NCBI GenBank assembly: GCA_964404545.1
Contig: CAYOKN010000001.1
Span: forward strand, 9,669-73,668
DNA: 64,000 nucleotides
Reading direction: 5' to 3'
From: an uncultured Rhodospirillaceae bacterium
Lineage (GTDB): Bacteria > Pseudomonadota > Alphaproteobacteria > Rhodospirillales > Magnetospirillaceae
Below, in pieces: positions 1-11,540 of this stretch. Below the pieces are notes generated by a model, which saw only the letters and a list, made by a program, of their open reading frames with translations, had not been told where the DNA came from and did not search any database. The translations under genes were made by a program, and so were the position numbers. Position 1 is the first letter of the stretch. Every line of letters starts with the position of its first letter.

Positions 1-317
1 TCCGCCTGGAAGGTGAGTTCCACCCACAGGCCGGGCGGCACCAGCAGGCCCTGGCCGGGGTCGTCCAGGACCATCTCGCGCCGCGCCCCGCCGTCGGTCA
101 CCATCACCGCCACCCGGCCGGTCAGGGCCACCAGCAATTGGGTGCACTGCTTATGGGCATGACGGCCGCGCTCCCCGCCCTGGGGCACCCCGGTAATGGC
201 AAAGGTGCGCACGCACTCAAACGGCACGCCGGTGTGGTTTTCATAGACCGTCAGCACCCCGTCCTCGCGCTGGTTGCGCGGGAACTGCACAAGGCGCAGG
301 CCGTCCAGGCGGCTCAT
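1..317 (-). CDS. Sugar 3,4-ketoisomerase of the FdtA/QdtA (WxcM-like cupin) type; partial, C-terminus runs off the window
   Basis: My own reverse-strand translation from ATG at 315-317 gives MSRLDGLRLVQFPRNQREDGVLTVYENHTGVPFECVRTFAITGVPQGGERGRHAHKQCTQLLVAL... The 'RG.HAHK' cupin signature fits this family. The start overlaps the stop of the downstream DegT gene by ATGA (314-317). Confidence 0.7.
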   Translation of the reverse strand, partial: MSRLDGLRLVQFPRNQREDGVLTVYENHTGVPFECVRTFAITGVPQGGERGRHAHKQCTQLLVALTGRVAVMVTDGGARREMVLDDPGQGLLVPPGLWVELTFQA

Positions 318-1411
318 GCAAAAAAGCTCCGCACGCCATCGATCACCCGCTGCACATCCCCATCGGTCATGGCCGGATAGAGCGGCAGCGACAGGATGCG
401 CGCCGCCAGCCCTTCGGTCACCGGCAGCGGCCCCTGGCGCAGGCGGCCGGCATAGGCGGGCTGCAGATGCACCGGCTGGGGGTAGTGGATGCCGGCCATG
501 ATGCCCAGGCCCTTCAGATGGGCCATCAGGGCGTCGCGGGCGTCGGTGCGGATCACAAATAGATGATAGACCGGCTCGCAGCCGGGACGGCGCACCGGCA
601 ATTCCACCAGCCCGCCCAACGCTTGGTCATAGGCGGCGGCGATGGCGCGGCGACGGGCGGTGTCGGCATCCAGATGGTGGAGCTTGACCCTAAGGACCGC
701 CGCCTGCAACTCGTCCAGGCGGGTGTTCCAGGCCGGCAGCACCGAATGCTGTGGCCGGTCCCAGCCATATTGCCGGATCAGCCGGGCTGTCTCGGCCGCC
801 TTGGGCTCGTGCAGCAGCGTCAGGCCGCCATCGCCCAAGGCGCCCAGATTCTTGGTGGGATAGAAGCTGAAGCTGGCGGCGTCGCCGAAGCCGCCCACCC
901 GCTTGCCGTCCAGAGTGGCGCCATGGGCCTGGGCGCAATCCTCGATCACCTTCAGATCATGGCGGCGGGCGATGTCCAGGATGGCCGGCAGGTCGGCGGG
1001 ATGGCCATAGAGGTGGACCGCCAGCACCGCCCGGGTGCGCGGGCCAATCACGGCTTCCAGCGCCTGGGGGTCCAGGCAGCATGTCTCCGGACAGACATCG
1101 GCCAGCACCGGCACGGCCCCTGCCTGCTCGATGGCGGACACGCTGGCCACCGCCGTATGGGACACGGTGACCACCTCGTCGCCCGGCTCGATACCCAGGG
1201 CGCGCAGGGCCACGGCAATGGCGTCGGTGCCGTTGTTCACCCCCACGCCCGTGCCGGCGCCGATCCAGGCGGCGAACTCGGCCTCGAAGGCGGCCACATG
1301 CTCGCCCAGCACATAGGACGGCCCATCCAGCACGGTGCGGATGGCGGCATCGATCTCGGCCGCGCGGGCCTGGTAGTCGGCGCGGGGATTGGCGGTATAG
1401 AGGGGGGTCAT
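314..1411 (-). CDS. DegT/DnrJ/EryC1/StrS-family PLP sugar aminotransferase, probably making a dTDP-3-amino-3,6-dideoxyhexose
   Basis: 365-aa ORF with typical family strings: 'VNNGTDAIAVALRALGIEPGDEVV', 'FSFYPTKNLGALGDGG', 'NTRLDELQAAVL'. It sits next to an FdtA-like isomerase and RmlA/RmlB. Confidence 0.9.
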   Translation of the reverse strand: MTPLYTANPRADYQARAAEIDAAIRTVLDGPSYVLGEHVAAFEAEFAAWIGAGTGVGVNNGTDAIAVALRALGIEPGDEVVTVSHTAVASVSAIEQAGAVPVLADVCPETCCLDPQALEAVIGPRTRAVLAVHLYGHPADLPAILDIARRHDLKVIEDCAQAHGATLDGKRVGGFGDAASFSFYPTKNLGALGDGGLTLLHEPKAAETARLIRQYGWDRPQHSVLPAWNTRLDELQAAVLRVKLHHLDADTARRRAIAAAYDQALGGLVELPVRRPGCEPVYHLFVIRTDARDALMAHLKGLGIMAGIHYPQPVHLQPAYAGRLRQGPLPVTEGLAARILSLPLYPAMTDGDVQRVIDGVRSFFA

Positions 1412-2316
1412 GCGCTCTCCAGCAGCTTCAGGAGCGAACGGCCATAGCTGCTCTTGGCCACCGTGGCGCAGGCGGCGCGGAACTGCTCGCGGTCGATGAA
1501 CCCCATGCGCAGGGCGATCTCTTCCGGACAGCAGATCTTCAGGCCGGTGCGCTTCTCGATCACCTTGACGAATTCCGAAGCTTCGAGCAGCGCATCGGCG
1601 GTCCCCGAATCCAGCCAGGCCGTGCCGCGGCCCAGCAGCGACACGTTCAGTCGCCCCTGCTGCAGATAGACCCGGTTCACGTCGGTGATTTCCAGTTCGC
1701 CCCGCGCGGAAGGGGTAATGGTCTTGGCGATCTGCACCACGTCGGCGTCATAGAAATAGAGGCCGGGGACCGCCCAGTGGCTTTTCGGGTCCTGCGGCTT
1801 CTCCACCAGGTCGGTGACCTGGCCGTCGGCGTCCATCTCCAGGATGCCGAAGGCCGAGGGATCGTCCACCCAATAGCCGAACAGGGTGGCCTTGCCGGTG
1901 GTGGCCGAGGCCTCGCGCAAGAGCTGGGTCAGCTCGCTGGAATGAAAGATGTTGTCGCCCAGCACCAGGGCCACCGGATCCTCGCCGATGAACTCCTCGC
2001 CCAACAGGAAGGCCTGGGCGATGCCGTCGGGGCTGGGCTGGACGCAATAGGACAGCCGGATGCCCCACTGGCTGCCGTCGCCCAGCAGGCGCTCGAACTG
2101 GGGCAGCTGGTCGGGGCTCGAGATCAGCAGGATGTCCCGGATACCCGCCAGCATCAGGGTGGACAGCGGATAATAGACCATGGGCTTGTCATAGACCGGC
2201 AGCAACTGCTTGCAGACCACGCTGGTCATGGGGGCCAGCCGGGTGCCCGAGCCGCCCGCCAGGATGATGCCCTTGCGGCGCACGGCCGCCGGCCTTGCCT
2301 TGCCCTGAATGCGCAT
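1408..2316 (-). CDS. rmlA: Glucose-1-phosphate thymidylyltransferase
   Basis: 'KGIILAGGSGTRLAPMTSVVCKQLLPVYDKPMVYYPLSTLMLAGIRDILLIS' is the canonical RmlA N-terminus. The ATG at 2316 is preceded by AAGGGGGA. The stop overlaps the DegT start by ATGA (1408-1411). Confidence 0.95.
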   Translation of the reverse strand: MRIQGKARPAAVRRKGIILAGGSGTRLAPMTSVVCKQLLPVYDKPMVYYPLSTLMLAGIRDILLISSPDQLPQFERLLGDGSQWGIRLSYCVQPSPDGIAQAFLLGEEFIGEDPVALVLGDNIFHSSELTQLLREASATTGKATLFGYWVDDPSAFGILEMDADGQVTDLVEKPQDPKSHWAVPGLYFYDADVVQIAKTITPSARGELEITDVNRVYLQQGRLNVSLLGRGTAWLDSGTADALLEASEFVKVIEKRTGLKICCPEEIALRMGFIDREQFRAACATVAKSSYGRSLLKLLESA

Positions 2317-2331
2317 TCGGTCCCCCTTCGA

Positions 2332-3401
<1,070 letters not shown>

Positions 3402-3405
<4 letters not shown>

Positions 3406-4658
3406 GCGGGCCTCTCCTGAAGACGGAGCCACATACCGACGCCAAGTCCGAGAATTAGCCAGAGCTGGCGCTGATAAAGCAATTCGGTTCCAATGGAGCC
3501 CAGTCCGAATGCTCCAATCAAGCCGAGAGCCGCAAGCACGTAGGGGTCCGAGGCAGAGCTCGCGAACCTGCGCACCAAGACTGCAAAAAAGGCCGCAAAA
3601 ACTAAAAACCCAACCACGCCTGTCTCGACCAGAAGCCACAGTCCTGTCGCATGAAGGGTGGTGACTTCGGCATGGCCAAGGGCCATTTCTGCATCCAGCC
3701 AGGACCCGAGACCAAGGCCCAAGACCGGATTATCAAACCAAAGCGCCAAAGCCCTCCGCGCCGTCTCGATTCGCACCTCGACGCCGGCCGTGCTGACCAG
3801 TTGTGTGCTAATGGCCTGGTTCGTGATTCCTGTCGGGCTGTATTCGCCGGTCGGGCGCAGCAGGCTCTCGGCGAACAACAGGCCCTGCCAAAGAAGCAAG
3901 AGCCCGCCGAATACCAGAACCGGCAGGCGCAGGCGCGAAACAAGGTCCCGCCGACAGGGCCAGGCAACGATGGCCAGACCCGCCGCAGCCGCCAGATAGC
4001 TGCTTCGAGACGCAGCAAGAAACAGGGCGAACAGGCCGAGGCCGAAACCGAACCCGTGAAGCAAGGGTGAAAAGATGTCCCGTCGCTTCAGCAGAGGGAA
4101 CTGCAGCACCAGCAGTGTGGCGATCAGGAAGCCATAGGCGTTGGGGTTGTCGCTCAACCCAATCAATCGGGTATAGAACCAATTGGGCCGCCCGAACAAT
4201 TGCATCTCGGAGAACACGATCTGAGTCACGAACGACAGAGCAGCAATGACCCAGGCCGCGACCAGGGCCGACCGCACGAAACAGACTTCCTGGCGGGTCC
4301 TGGCGATCCAGGCGCCCGCCAGGAAATACAGGATCAGAACCGGAAATCCGACAATCTTGGAAAGCCCCCAAAGGCTCAACGTTCCCCTGCCATGCCAATT
4401 GACCCCAAGCGCAAGCACCAGGACCAGGACCAGGGCAACGAGCCAGGCCAAGATCGCCCTATCCACCAGCCGGTCCCTGAGGCCAACGGCCAGAATCGGC
4501 AGGAATGCCAGCAGAACGAGGTCGGACAACGCCACGCGTAAGCCTGCCGGAATCACCGGCAAGGTCGTCAGAATCTGGACGCCCGCCGCCATGGCGATCA
4601 CCAGGGCCGTGGTCAATCCGGTCGTCTGACCCATTGCCGGGCGACAGGGCTGCGTCAT
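3402..4658 (-). CDS. O-antigen polymerase/ligase-family (Wzy/WaaL-like) polytopic membrane protein
   Basis: Very hydrophobic multi-helix protein with a periplasmic-loop-like stretch ('RLIGLSDNPNAYGFLIATLLVL'). I set the start at the ATG at 4658 (MTQPCRP..), which overlaps the upstream stop by ATGA. An alternative ATG lies at 4634. Confidence 0.65.
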
Positions 4659-5935
4659 CCGCGCCAGGCCCCCGAGATCACCCCCTCGAAGATGGGCTCC
4701 AGTTTGCAGAATTGCCGATCCCGCGACAATTCCGCCTGCACCAACTCGGACAGGCCAGGAACGCCGCCGGCGTCCTTCTGAGCGATCCACTCGCGCACCT
4801 GTCGGGCAATGGACTCCTCGCTGTCCAGGACCACCCCCAGCCCCTTGTCCCGGATCAACTGGGCGGCCACGCCATCGGTGTAGCCGCTGGCGAGGATCGG
4901 GCGGCCCGCACCGACATATTCGAAAAGCTTTCCGGGAAGGACGCCGTATTCCACCGGATCGTTCCACATCAGCAACAGCAGGACGTCAGCCGCCATTTGG
5001 ACCCCGTTGGACTCCTGGAACGACACGGCCCCGTGGACCTTTACCAGATCCCCGACACCGACCTGATCCGCCAGGACCTTGACCTCCGGCAGCAACCGCC
5101 CGAAGAAATGCACCCGGACCCGACGCGCATCGGCGCCCATCTGGGACAACGCGCGGAAAAGGACAGAGGGATCGCGCCGGCGATAATAGATCAGTCCGGT
5201 ATAGACGATGTTTAAACATTGAGGGTCCATCACACCCTCGACCGGTCTCGCCGATTGGTAGTCTTCCGGATCGAAGCCGTTGCGGATGACGAAGGTTGGG
5301 CGCTGGTGCGCCTCACGCAGGCTGTCCGCCAAGGGCTCGGAGACGGTGACCACGGCGGCCGCAGATCGCAGCACCCAAGCTTCCAGCTTCTGCTCGATGC
5401 GACGCCGCCATGAGGGATGATCGTAGTACGGATTTTCGGTCCATAGATCGCGAAGCTCGGCCACCCAGGGAATGCCGAGTTTTGCGGCCAGCCGCTTGGC
5501 AACAATCAGCGAGGTAAAGGGCAGTGCCGACGCATAAATGACATCGGGGCGCCATTCCGAAAGGATACGCTTGCCGGTCGAGAGCGCCACCGGCAGCCAG
5601 CCGATCTGGCCGTCGGGAACATTGAACAGTGTCCGATACAGGCCGCCCATGCCAAGAAGCGTGGGCGACAAAGTGGTGGTGCCGCGTTGGAACTCGCGCC
5701 GCCTGCGGCCAAGAATTGCCTTGGGCAAGAAATTGATCTGGAATGCACCCGTGCGCACGATCTGGCTGTGAGGAATCTCGACCGCGAGATCATGGGGCAG
5801 GTCCGGATCGTCGGCGCACAGCACGCGCACGTCATGGCCCTGGCGGGTCAGGTACTTGGCCAGCTTGCCCATGCGCACGGAGCCGATCGCATTGTTGGGC
5901 GGGAACAGATAAGAGACCAGCAAGATACGCATCAT
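4655..5935 (-). CDS. Glycosyltransferase, GT-B fold (GT4-like)
   Basis: Trimmed to 'MMRILLVSYLFPPNNAIGSVRMGKLAKYL'. The C-terminal 'GVLPGKLFEYVGAGRPILA' resembles the EX7E-type donor-binding region. ATGA overlap with the AsnB-1 stop at 5932-5935. Confidence 0.8.
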   Translation of the reverse strand: MMRILLVSYLFPPNNAIGSVRMGKLAKYLTRQGHDVRVLCADDPDLPHDLAVEIPHSQIVRTGAFQINFLPKAILGRRRREFQRGTTTLSPTLLGMGGLYRTLFNVPDGQIGWLPVALSTGKRILSEWRPDVIYASALPFTSLIVAKRLAAKLGIPWVAELRDLWTENPYYDHPSWRRRIEQKLEAWVLRSAAAVVTVSEPLADSLREAHQRPTFVIRNGFDPEDYQSARPVEGVMDPQCLNIVYTGLIYYRRRDPSVLFRALSQMGADARRVRVHFFGRLLPEVKVLADQVGVGDLVKVHGAVSFQESNGVQMAADVLLLLMWNDPVEYGVLPGKLFEYVGAGRPILASGYTDGVAAQLIRDKGLGVVLDSEESIARQVREWIAQKDAGGVPGLSELVQAELSRDRQFCKLEPIFEGVISGAWRG

Positions 5936-7869
5936 GCGGCCTCCCCACAGTCCATCTCGAAGAGCCGGCTCCAGGCGGCCAGATTGACCATCCGCCATGC
6001 CACAGCCTGGGCCCCGGCGGACCCGGCGCGGGCAGACCGCCATAGTTTCAGAGCCTCTTCCGGCCGAATCATCGACACGGCTGCCCGGCCCTTGGGGAAC
6101 AGCCGATCCTCCAGTTGCTCCCCGGCCTGAGCCAACCAAGTCGCCTGGGGGGTCACGAATCCGATCTTGTCACGCCGGTCGAGCACGGGATCCGGCACGA
6201 GCCCACGCATGGCGGCTCGGAACACGGCTTTGGTCAGACCCGTGTCGTCGATGATGAAACGGTCAGGCAATCTGAACACGAACTCAACCATCTCCTTGGC
6301 AAGAAAAGGGACCCGGCTTTCCACAGAAAAACGCATCGAGTTCCGGTCGGCATAGCGCAGGAGAGCGGGAAGACTGGTTCGCGTCAAGCTGTCGAGAAGC
6401 TGGCTCCGCAGGGGCGATGCCTCGGCCGCCGGCAGTGGGACCGACGGTTCGACCCCCCTGGCCTTGAACCAGCCACGATCCAGCCATCCCGGCATAGCGC
6501 CGCGCCCGGCCATGGACCGGAGCCCGCATGCAAGCGGTCCGGGCAGGATGAACTGGGCGCCCCGCAGGACCATCCCGGCGAGGCCATGCCGGCCTCGCTC
6601 CGTTGCCTCCCAGGCGAACCCCAGTCCGGGCAGAACTCCGGACTGCCGCAGTATCCCGGCCCATCTGGCCGCCAGGAACACCGGGTAGCCCGCAAGAAAC
6701 TCATCCGCTCCCTGGCCATCCAGAGTCACCTTGATACCAGCCTCCTGGACGGTACGGAACACGCGAAACTGGGCGAAGATGCTGGTGGACCCGAATGGCT
6801 GATCCTGGGTCCGGATCAGATCGTCCATGTCGGTGATCAAATCGCCGGGCGCGACCTTTATCTTGTGGATGGCGGCACCCGACGCCCCAACCACCATGTC
6901 GCTCCACCTTTCCTCGGATAGCCGCGCATCCGACGCCACATAGGTGAAGCCATGCAGCTGCAGGTCCGGCCCCTGCAACTTCCGCATGGCCATCACGACG
7001 GCACTGGAATCGATTCCTCCGGACAAGGCCGCGCCCACGGGCACGTCACTGCGCAGATGCCGCTCCACCGAGCGCAGAAAAATACCCCGCAAGGCTTCGG
7101 CGGCCTCGGCGAAATCAAGCGGGCTGGCGGCCGCCAGATCGGGGGCCCAGTACCGGACCGGCCGGATGGCATCCGGACTGGCCAGGTCGATCACCGCATA
7201 GTGGGCCGCCGGAAGGGCCTTGGCATCGGCGAAGAACGTGTTGTCCGCATGGTCGTTCCGTCCATGGGCCAGATAGTCATAGACGGCATTGCCATCGGCC
7301 ACCCTGCGGATCAACCCGGTCTCCGCAAGGACCTTCAATTCGGATGCAAAGCAAAGACGGCCATCGCGGGTGGAATAGTAAAGGGGCTTGATGCCAAAGG
7401 GATCCCGCGCCAAAAGCAGGGTGCCCGCCACGCTGTCCAGCAGAGCAAACGCGAACATGCCGTCCAGGCGCTTCAGTCCCTCGGCACCCCATCGCTGCAT
7501 CACCGCAAGCAGGACCTCGGTATCCGACCGGGTGTGGAACCGATGGCCATCCGCCTCCAGTTCCTGGCGCAGTTCGACAAAGTTATAGATTTCGCCATTG
7601 AACACGACGGCGTGCCGGCCATCGCTGGAGAGCATGGGCTGCGCCCCGGCCTCGCTGGCGTCCAGAATGGCGAGCCGGCGATGCACCAACCCCAGGGGCC
7701 GCCCGGAGGCCGGGCCCGGATCTCGGTCGATCGTCGGCGCCTGTCCAGGGGCCCACCCCAGGAACCCGCGCCCATCGGGGCCCCGGTGGGCGAGGCCCTC
7801 GGACAATCGGGCCAGCACGGAAGCCGCCACGGCTCCACCAGGATGGAAATAGCCCGCGATCCCGCACAT
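5932..7869 (-). CDS. Glutamine-hydrolysing asparagine-synthetase-family amidotransferase (AsnB paralogue 1, WbpS-like context)
   Basis: Trimmed to 'MCGIAGYFHPGG', which gives the Ntn-glutaminase Cys2. PP-loop 'LSGGIDSSAVV' is present. The track's 96-aa N-terminal extension is Gly/Pro/Arg junk that overlaps the wzx-like gene. Confidence 0.9.
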   Translation of the reverse strand: MCGIAGYFHPGGAVAASVLARLSEGLAHRGPDGRGFLGWAPGQAPTIDRDPGPASGRPLGLVHRRLAILDASEAGAQPMLSSDGRHAVVFNGEIYNFVELRQELEADGHRFHTRSDTEVLLAVMQRWGAEGLKRLDGMFAFALLDSVAGTLLLARDPFGIKPLYYSTRDGRLCFASELKVLAETGLIRRVADGNAVYDYLAHGRNDHADNTFFADAKALPAAHYAVIDLASPDAIRPVRYWAPDLAAASPLDFAEAAEALRGIFLRSVERHLRSDVPVGAALSGGIDSSAVVMAMRKLQGPDLQLHGFTYVASDARLSEERWSDMVVGASGAAIHKIKVAPGDLITDMDDLIRTQDQPFGSTSIFAQFRVFRTVQEAGIKVTLDGQGADEFLAGYPVFLAARWAGILRQSGVLPGLGFAWEATERGRHGLAGMVLRGAQFILPGPLACGLRSMAGRGAMPGWLDRGWFKARGVEPSVPLPAAEASPLRSQLLDSLTRTSLPALLRYADRNSMRFSVESRVPFLAKEMVEFVFRLPDRFIIDDTGLTKAVFRAAMRGLVPDPVLDRRDKIGFVTPQATWLAQAGEQLEDRLFPKGRAAVSMIRPEEALKLWRSARAGSAGAQAVAWRMVNLAAWSRLFEMDCGEAA

Positions 7870-9275
7870 CAGGCATTCCTCCCTTTGGCGAACCCGGGCC
7901 ACTTCACGTCGGCTTCCAAGGCGTGGTGCCGGACAAGGAGGGTCAGCGGAATCAGCATCAGGATCGAGCCGCCGATCAACAGAGGCCAGGATTGCCAGAC
8001 CGCGCCGAACGCAACCACGATCACCAGGCCGCCCAAGGCCGCCGAGACCCGGGCGACCTGCATCAGGCAGGCCCAAGAAACCGCACCGGCAAAGCCCAGG
8101 ACAGCCACCATGAAACCCAGGCCCAGGGCCAGGGCCAGCCCAACCAACCCCAGCCACGGCAGCAAGACCGCCGCAGCAAGACCGTTGGTCAGCGCCATTG
8201 CAATCAAGATGGCGCCGCCCCTGCGCACCTTATCGGGGCGCCCCATGAGAGCGGGCTCGAACAGGGCGATCCCCAACTGAAAGGGCATCACCGCCATCAG
8301 GATCAACAAGGGAGCCAGCCCGTCCGTATAAGCGCCCAGCCCCGTCTGCGCCAAAACCACGGCGGTCGCCGGCACCAGAACACCGCAGATGCACCCGGCC
8401 GCTGCTAGCACCAGCACGACCTTGCGCCAAAAGGCAGCCATATCCCCGCCCGCAGATTCCCTGTCGAGCAATCTTGGCAAGAGCATCGCCGACAGGGGGG
8501 AAAACAGGGCCGTCGCCAAAAGGCTGACATTCACCACCCAGGCAAAATGACCGGCGGCCTCGACACCTGAAATCCGCCCTGCAATCCAGACCCCGACCCA
8601 AGGCATGGCAGCGGCCGCAAAGCTGGCCGGGATCAAGGACCATCCATGGCCGACCATGCGCACGAGCGTGGGCAGGGATGGACACTGGACAACAAGCCGT
8701 GCCCGGCCGACCTGGCCAAGCGCCAACCCGGCGCTGGCCAGGTATCCCGTCACCGTACCCGCCAGCAAGGCCTGCACCGGATCGAGCATCTGATTTGCTG
8801 CGGCCAGGAGGCCGGCCAGCTGCCCCAGCCGCACCAGGACCATCCCGAGGCCCAGTGCCGCGAAGCGTTCGACCACCTGTCCGGCGGCCATCGCCATCTC
8901 CGCGTTGCCGACCGCGAACAGCAGCACCGCCAGCGCCATCCAGGACTGGTCCACCAAGGAAAGATGCGTGGAAACCGCATAGGCAATGCCCAATGCCAGA
9001 GGAAAACTGGCAACCAGCAAGGCGATCCGGCCGCCAAAGGCATCGGAAAATCTGCCGACCACCCGCAACTGTTCGCGCGCCTGCCGCACGAAGGCAATAT
9101 TGGGCCAGGACAACAACGCAGCACTGAACACCTGGACGACCGAAAGCGTCATGGCGAAGCGACCATAAGCATCCGGCTCAACAGCCATGGGAATCGCCAA
9201 CACGAACCCGCCGCCGAGGGCGAACGCAAGCAAGCGAGCAGCGGTGGCCGAAGCGTAGGCGGCAGCCAGACTCAT
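7869..9275 (-). CDS. Wzx-like oligosaccharide flippase (MOP/polysaccharide-biosynthesis membrane protein)
   Basis: 468 aa and strongly hydrophobic throughout, with about 12 or more predicted helices by eye. The size and position in the locus fit Wzx. ATGA overlap with the downstream GT at 9272-9275. Confidence 0.7.
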   Translation of the reverse strand: MSLAAAYASATAARLLAFALGGGFVLAIPMAVEPDAYGRFAMTLSVVQVFSAALLSWPNIAFVRQAREQLRVVGRFSDAFGGRIALLVASFPLALGIAYAVSTHLSLVDQSWMALAVLLFAVGNAEMAMAAGQVVERFAALGLGMVLVRLGQLAGLLAAANQMLDPVQALLAGTVTGYLASAGLALGQVGRARLVVQCPSLPTLVRMVGHGWSLIPASFAAAAMPWVGVWIAGRISGVEAAGHFAWVVNVSLLATALFSPLSAMLLPRLLDRESAGGDMAAFWRKVVLVLAAAGCICGVLVPATAVVLAQTGLGAYTDGLAPLLILMAVMPFQLGIALFEPALMGRPDKVRRGGAILIAMALTNGLAAAVLLPWLGLVGLALALGLGFMVAVLGFAGAVSWACLMQVARVSAALGGLVIVVAFGAVWQSWPLLIGGSILMLIPLTLLVRHHALEADVKWPGFAKGRNA

Positions 9276-10381
9276 AAGCCTGACCTCACCCTGGCACGGG
9301 CACGGGCGATGACGCGCGCCGTCTGCCGGGCACGGGACAGCCAGGAATGATTGGCCTGAATCACCTCCACTCCGCGACGCCCCATGCCAGCCACTGCATC
9401 GGGATCTGCCGCCAAGGCCGCCACGGCTGCGGCCAAGGCGCGGGGGTTTTCAGGCGGGACCACCAGGCCCACCTGGTTGTCGCGCACCAGGTCCGCCTGA
9501 CCGGGAAAATCCGTCACCACAGCCGGTACGCCGCAGGCCAGGGTTTCAAACACCTTCAACGGAAACAGGCCGGTCTTTTCCCGGTCGCCTTGGTTGTTCT
9601 TGGGGACAAGACCGCACAGGGACCGACTGACCACCCCCGGAACGACATCATAGGGCTGCCGACCCAGCCACAGCACGCGCGGATTGCGGGCCGCAGCCTG
9701 CCTGACCAGCTCCCGTTCCTGGCCATCCCCGACAATGACCAACGAAACCCCCTCGGGCCATTCCGGCGCCGCGACGGCGTCCAGCATGGTGGTCAATCCC
9801 TGCCAGCGGGCAAATCCCCCGAAAAAGACCGCGAACCGCTCCGGAAGATCCAGAGCACAGGGCGCACCGGGGCGGAACAGGTCGGTGTTGGCGCCGTTGG
9901 GAACCACCTCGACATCCATCCCATCCAACTGCGCCTCGACCCAATGCTTCAACTGCTCGGTGACCACGATCAGGGCACTGGCCATCTGGAACTGGCTCCG
10001 CTGCAACCAGCTCAGTTGCGCGGAAAATGGCTGGGTCCAGGGATAGGAAATGAACAGGTCCTCGTAGGGTCCATTGATTTCCTGAATGACAGTCAGGCCC
10101 TTTCGGGCCGCCAGACGCGCGATCGGCCAGGCCAGAAAATGCGAGCGGACATAAATGACGTCGTCCTCGGTCACAGATTGCCAGAGACGCCACTGCACCC
10201 GGGCATATTCCGTCAGCCGGCCAATCAGGCCGGGGCGCTCCCAACCCTTTGAGTAGGACGGGCAGAACAGCTCCACCTCCCACCCTTCCTGGCGCAGGCC
10301 ATTGATGATCTCAAACACATGGGCGTAGGAGGCCTGACCTTCCCGCGGAGATTCCAGGCTGAGATAGAGAATGCGCGACAT
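9272..10381 (-). CDS. Glycosyltransferase family 4-like
   Basis: 'MSRILYLSLESPREGQASYAHVFEIINGL...' followed by 'FPLKVFETLACGVPAVVTDFPGQADLV', a GT4 C-terminal motif. Confidence 0.85.
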   Translation of the reverse strand: MSRILYLSLESPREGQASYAHVFEIINGLRQEGWEVELFCPSYSKGWERPGLIGRLTEYARVQWRLWQSVTEDDVIYVRSHFLAWPIARLAARKGLTVIQEINGPYEDLFISYPWTQPFSAQLSWLQRSQFQMASALIVVTEQLKHWVEAQLDGMDVEVVPNGANTDLFRPGAPCALDLPERFAVFFGGFARWQGLTTMLDAVAAPEWPEGVSLVIVGDGQERELVRQAAARNPRVLWLGRQPYDVVPGVVSRSLCGLVPKNNQGDREKTGLFPLKVFETLACGVPAVVTDFPGQADLVRDNQVGLVVPPENPRALAAAVAALAADPDAVAGMGRRGVEVIQANHSWLSRARQTARVIARARARVRSGL

Positions 10382-11434
10382 TCAGTGCGCCCCGCCGTCA
10401 AAATAGGCCGCCACGGCCTCTGCGATGCGGTCGGCTGCCCGCCCATCGCCGTAATCTGCGATCTCCTGGCGGGGCGACACAAAATCGGGGCCCTTCCAAA
10501 GCCGGTTCCAGCCTGCGGACACCGTCTCGGTCCACTCGGTTTCGTCGCGCAGGGTCACACACGGAACCCGGTGGAAATAGGCTTCCTTCTGCAATCCGCC
10601 GGAGTCCGTCAGGACCAGGGACGCGTTTCGGATTAGGTGGGTCATCTCCAGATATCCGACGGGCGCGATGATGGTCAGGCCCTCAAGGCCGAGGCCGAAC
10701 CGCTCGCATGCGGCGCGGGTCCGGGGATGGAGGGGCAGGACCACCGGGTGGTTTTTCGCCTGCACCCGCAAATAGTCGATCACCGCCGCCAGTTGTCCGG
10801 GGTCATCGGTATTCTCGGCGCGGTGCACGGTTGCCACCGCATAACTGCCGGCGGTCAGGGTCAGACGGCCCAGGATCGCCTCTCCGGACGGCACGGCAGC
10901 GGCCATCAGCGAGGCGTCATGCATGACATCCCCGACCATGAGCACACCCTTGGTTATTCCCTCCTGCCGCAGATGCGCGATCGCCGCCTGGGTGGGACAG
11001 AACAGCAAGGTCGCGAGATGGTCGGTCATCACCCGATTGACTTCCTCGGGCATGGTCCGCCGAAAGGACCGCAGGCCGGCCTCCACATGCAAGACCGGGA
11101 TATGGAGCTTGGCCGCCGCCAGCGCGCCAGCCAGGGTGGAATTGGTGTCACCATAAACCAGGACGGCGTCCGGCCGGTCCGCCAGAAGCACCTCTTCGAT
11201 CCGCTCCAGCATGCGGCCGGTCATGGCACCATGCCCGCCACCGGAGACGCCCAGATGATAGGCGGGTTCGGGGATCTGCAATTCCTGGAAGAAAATGGCC
11301 GACATTCCTTCATCGAAATGCTGGCCAGTATGCAGCAATGTCTCGCCGACCCCCGCCGCGCGAAGGGCCCTGCTGACCGGCGCGGCCTTGATGAACTGAG
11401 GCCGGGCACCGACGACGGTAAGCAGACGAGTCAT
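10382..11434 (-). CDS. wecB: UDP-N-acetylglucosamine 2-epimerase (non-hydrolysing)
   Basis: Trimmed to 'MTRLLTVVGARPQFIKAAPVSRAL'. Also 'VYGDTNSTLAGALAAAKLHIPVLHVEAGLRSF' and 'TDSGGLQKEAYF', both classic WecB/MnaA strings. Confidence 0.93.
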   Translation of the reverse strand: MTRLLTVVGARPQFIKAAPVSRALRAAGVGETLLHTGQHFDEGMSAIFFQELQIPEPAYHLGVSGGGHGAMTGRMLERIEEVLLADRPDAVLVYGDTNSTLAGALAAAKLHIPVLHVEAGLRSFRRTMPEEVNRVMTDHLATLLFCPTQAAIAHLRQEGITKGVLMVGDVMHDASLMAAAVPSGEAILGRLTLTAGSYAVATVHRAENTDDPGQLAAVIDYLRVQAKNHPVVLPLHPRTRAACERFGLGLEGLTIIAPVGYLEMTHLIRNASLVLTDSGGLQKEAYFHRVPCVTLRDETEWTETVSAGWNRLWKGPDFVSPRQEIADYGDGRAADRIAEAVAAYFDGGAH

Positions 11435-11540
11435 GACCTTGGGGTCCCCCTGGATACGCGGCATAACCCTTAATACCGCGCTCTTTTCCTGCACTTTGCC
11501 AAAGGCCAGCCCGACGAGCCACCCTTTTTCCGGCCAGATG

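Noticed and set aside
5932-8157. N-terminally extended track ORFs. Examples are 5932-8157, 2332-3639, 3402-4967, 4655-6139, 18680-20341, 44410-45603, 46117-47376, 15834-16916 and 59023-60774.
   Set aside because: In each case a canonical family N-terminus (MCGIAG, MNLLVTGGAGFIG, MMRILLVS and others) begins at an internal start. That start makes an ATGA or short overlap with the upstream stop. The extensions are Arg/Gly/Pro-rich and overlap the upstream gene.
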